From the NCBI GenBank assembly GCA_003344405.1, contig NOWV01000010.1:124001-188000 (forward strand): a DNA stretch of 64,000 bases, given 5' to 3'. The notes beneath the pieces are model-generated. The model saw nothing but the letters and a program-made list of their open reading frames with translations. It did not search any database and was not told where the DNA came from. The position numbers and the translations under genes were made by a program. Positions 60,985 to 64,000 of this stretch are shown piece after piece (positions within the stretch are counted from its first letter, which is position 1; each line of letters begins with the position of its first letter). This DNA is from Trichoplax sp. H2 (lineage: Eukaryota).

Positions 60985-63900
60985 TCAAAAAAGTGGCTTA
61001 GCACCAGACTGTTCAAATTCAGTCCAAGCTTCATTTAATTCTACAAATATTGCCCTAGCCAATTTCTCATGTGGCTCTCCAACAACCTAAAGTCAAAGTT
61101 GCATCAATAAAACAAAATTTTCAATCGTTGAACAAACGATGTCATTCCAAAACTTCCTTTACAGTTTTACCTTGTCCGGATGAATGCACAAGCACGCTTT
61201 TCGGTAGTATTTTTTAACCTAATCACATATTAAAGCATTTAAAGATTAGTTAAATGCTCAGTAAAGTCTTATCCAATCTTTTCTTTTATACTAACATTGT
61301 TCGATTCTATCACTTGGTGCATTCCTATTTCCTTCCATTTACAACCTTCCCAAACAGCAGTGTGTAAAGAGCAAAGTAGGGCCCGAATGTTACCCTTCTG
61401 TCCTCCCACCCAATCTTGAATCTAAAAATTATACTATTACATTACTACCAAGTAAAATCCAATCAAAATGATCAATCAAAAACAACGAACTTTTAATTTA
61501 ATAGGGTCAGTTGTCTTTTCGACTTCTTCTCGTCTCATTTCATTGATAGTTACGTGACCTTTGTCATGAGCCTTCGGTATAAATCCTTGAGCACCAAGTA
61601 AATCGCTGAACTCATTCTTAGCAACGTTTGGCTTGACACCTAGAATTTCAGTTGATTTAAATTATATATTTATTGCTGAAATTAAAAGTTACTAAAATCA
61701 TCATTATCCTTTACCGTTAGAACCACGTAAGCCTCGTTCTTCCCTTGATCCAATAACATATGATGCTCTTTGTCCGGTAGGCAAATTTCCAATCGGTGAT
61801 TTCTGTGTCGGTTTTTGAGCTGCCATTGGTTGCTTGTTGCCAATGTTGTTTGTTTGGTTCAGATTAAGATCAAATTTACCCTGTGCAAGTGACTCTAAAT
61901 TACTTCGAAAACCTTGTTTCTTATTATCAGACTCCCTTTTCTGTGGCTTTATGATTGGTTGATTTGAAGTGCTACTTGGTTGCAATAGTTCTGGAGTACG
62001 GCGTTGATTTGTATCGCCCGTAGCTCCAAAAGGATCAAAAATTATGCTTTCAGGACTATGAGTGCGTTGAGCTGATGGACTCGGGGCTCTTTGAGTTGCG
62101 AAGTCGAAGACATCTGGAGAATCCTTTGCCCTTGGAGATATGGATATCAAATCGTCCTTGCCAGAAACACTTTTATTATTATTTTGAGAAAACGGATCAA
62201 AAGCGTCTAGTTGAACAGCGCCAGCAGGGTTTGTTTCAGGTTTCTTTAAAGCATTATTACTAGCTTTAACAGTTGGTGCAAAAGGATCAAAAGAATCGGA
62301 GGAAACTGCTTTCGTAGGTAATTTGTTATCGAAAAAACTTGAAAAAGGGTCAGTAGGCGAGATCGGAGATTGATTTACTAACTCAGATATCCGATCAGCG
62401 CTCTTACTTCGATGCATCCCTTGAGACTTTTGACTTATCTCAAGATTGATCAAATTAACTTCAGAACTTGGAGATACGAGCTTTACTGGCGGGCTCTTCT
62501 GTAAGAATTTATCGTTAGAAACACTCTGATGTGAAGGAGCTGCTGTTACATTCGAAGAGCTAAAATCTAATAATGTGTCCTCTGTCTTCGTAGTTTCCTG
62601 CTCGACGTTTACGACGACTTTCGCTCGGTTTAAAAATCTCTCCTCTGCTTCATCCGCGCGATTTACAGCGTCCGATGTTAAATCAAGGATATTTCCAGGA
62701 TTGGAAGACGATTTACTCAATCCGCTAGTATCTCTAGTAGCTGAAATTGAATCAGCACTTTGCTTTCGCTGTAATGCTTCTGTTCGGGCATTGTCTAATT
62801 TTTCTAACTTTTCATATGAAATAGTATCCATTTGGCCTTAATAAAAATTTTAATATTAGCTGACATCAGTTAAGATCTGTTTATGCAGATATTCAATGAT
62901 ATCCTTACCATACTGTAAACGAATCGTTTCTAGCTCCTTCTTGGATGAGAGACATGGAAATAATATCACACGCTCCTGAAGATGAGTAGCATCTGGAGGC
63001 AGTATCGGATCGGGCTCATCATCACTATCATCATCCATATCTGTTGGACCCTGATGAGTTTTTAATACGCTCACAGCCAACTCTACATGAAATCCAGAAG
63101 GGTACTTATCGGGGTTGTCCTCATCTATATGATCCAGCTTTGATCTAAAACGAACAAATTATTTATGACTTTGTCAATATAACTTAAAAGGAAAATTTAA
63201 TAAATAGATTAAAAACCTACATCGAAAACTTATATCCTTTTGCCTCTGTTTCAACAAAGCTCGTATGAATTTGCAGTTGAAAAATTGGAAAAGATTGAAT
63301 CTGAAAGACATAATTCTTATTTCTAAATTCTTCCTTATTATGCCAGTTGAGACTATTCTTAGATTACCTCTCTGTGTATTTTTGATGACAGCGTCGAGCG
63401 AGCGTGATAGACTGCTATCATTACGTCACCCCTAACAAGAGTTCCTAATGGGAACATAATTTTGCCATCGCTACTATTGTAAACTCTAAAAATGTTGAAA
63501 GAACGTAGTATTATGTTTCCAACTACAGTTATTAACCTTTATGAGTAATAACTACGATTGTAGCAAAATCATCGGACTATAAAGTAAAATCAATACCTCA
63601 TCTCTTCTAAGGCATCCTGAAAAGTACACACCCGCCTCGTGTTGTTCTCAAAAACCTCAATATATGGCCGACACCCGATCCTAAATTAAAACAACGATTA
63701 GTAAGGAAATGCAATCTTAATGGATAATTTTCATGGAGTACATACCGGGCTTTGTTGAACAATGGAACCGGAGTAATAGAAATGCTGTCTAATCGTACAG
63801 TATGCTCATGAAGACTGCTTTTTCCCTTGTTAACAATTGTAGAAAAATACCTAAGGAACCTATAAAATAGTATGCGAAATAGAATTATTAGAAAAAATTT

Positions 63901-64000
63901 TGAAGACTCATCAATATAAATTAATGTCTAAAGAACAGGTATCAACTTACCGACGTTGAGATGGAGAAATTTCAATAACATCTACATCCTGCCTACGCTT
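60985..64000 (-). CDS. GAK: Cyclin G-associated kinase / auxilin, 3' part (C2 domain, clathrin/AP-binding region, J domain); gene continues past the window end
   Basis: Tensin-type C2 (ITPVPLFNK..GCRPYIEV..VRGDVMIAVYHARST); low-complexity exon with repeated DPF motifs; WVGGQKGNIRALLCSLHTAVWEG; J-domain VKKYYRKACLCIHPDK; ends FVELNEAWTEFEQSGAKPLF*. The kinase domain is outside the window, so GAK versus kinase-less auxilin is not resolved. Confidence 0.9.

Noticed and set aside
62075-62841. Plus-strand ORFs 62075-62263 and 62575-62841
   Set aside because: Antisense shadows of the long GAK exon.

Overview
AT-rich, intron-dense animal genomic DNA with short introns and compact genes. The style fits a placozoan such as Trichoplax, which is an inference rather than something shown. 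I assembled ten spliced genes by hand: EBP2/EBNA1BP2 (5' part, -), WDR36/UTP21 (+), an unrecognised myristoylation-motif plus ubiquitin-like-domain gene (-), KDM4 (+), RNF170 (-), TNPO1 (-), YIPF1 (+), FARSA (-), an adhesion GPCR with a Tie-like ectodomain and latrophilin-like core (-), and the 3' part of GAK/auxilin (-). The most striking non-coding signal is a set of islands of mixed CAGTA/CTGTA pentamers upstream of the housekeeping genes. Two segments are duplicated across 20-N gaps and look like alleles. They differ by insertion of exactly CAGTA, CTGTA or CCGTA after a TA, in places with no identical neighbouring unit to slip from. TA-CAG-TA and TA-CTG-TA are the canonical Tc1/mariner (Sleeping Beauty-type) excision footprints. 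I propose that these promoter islands are stacked transposon footprints. Exon boundaries were read manually and need RNA-seq confirmation.
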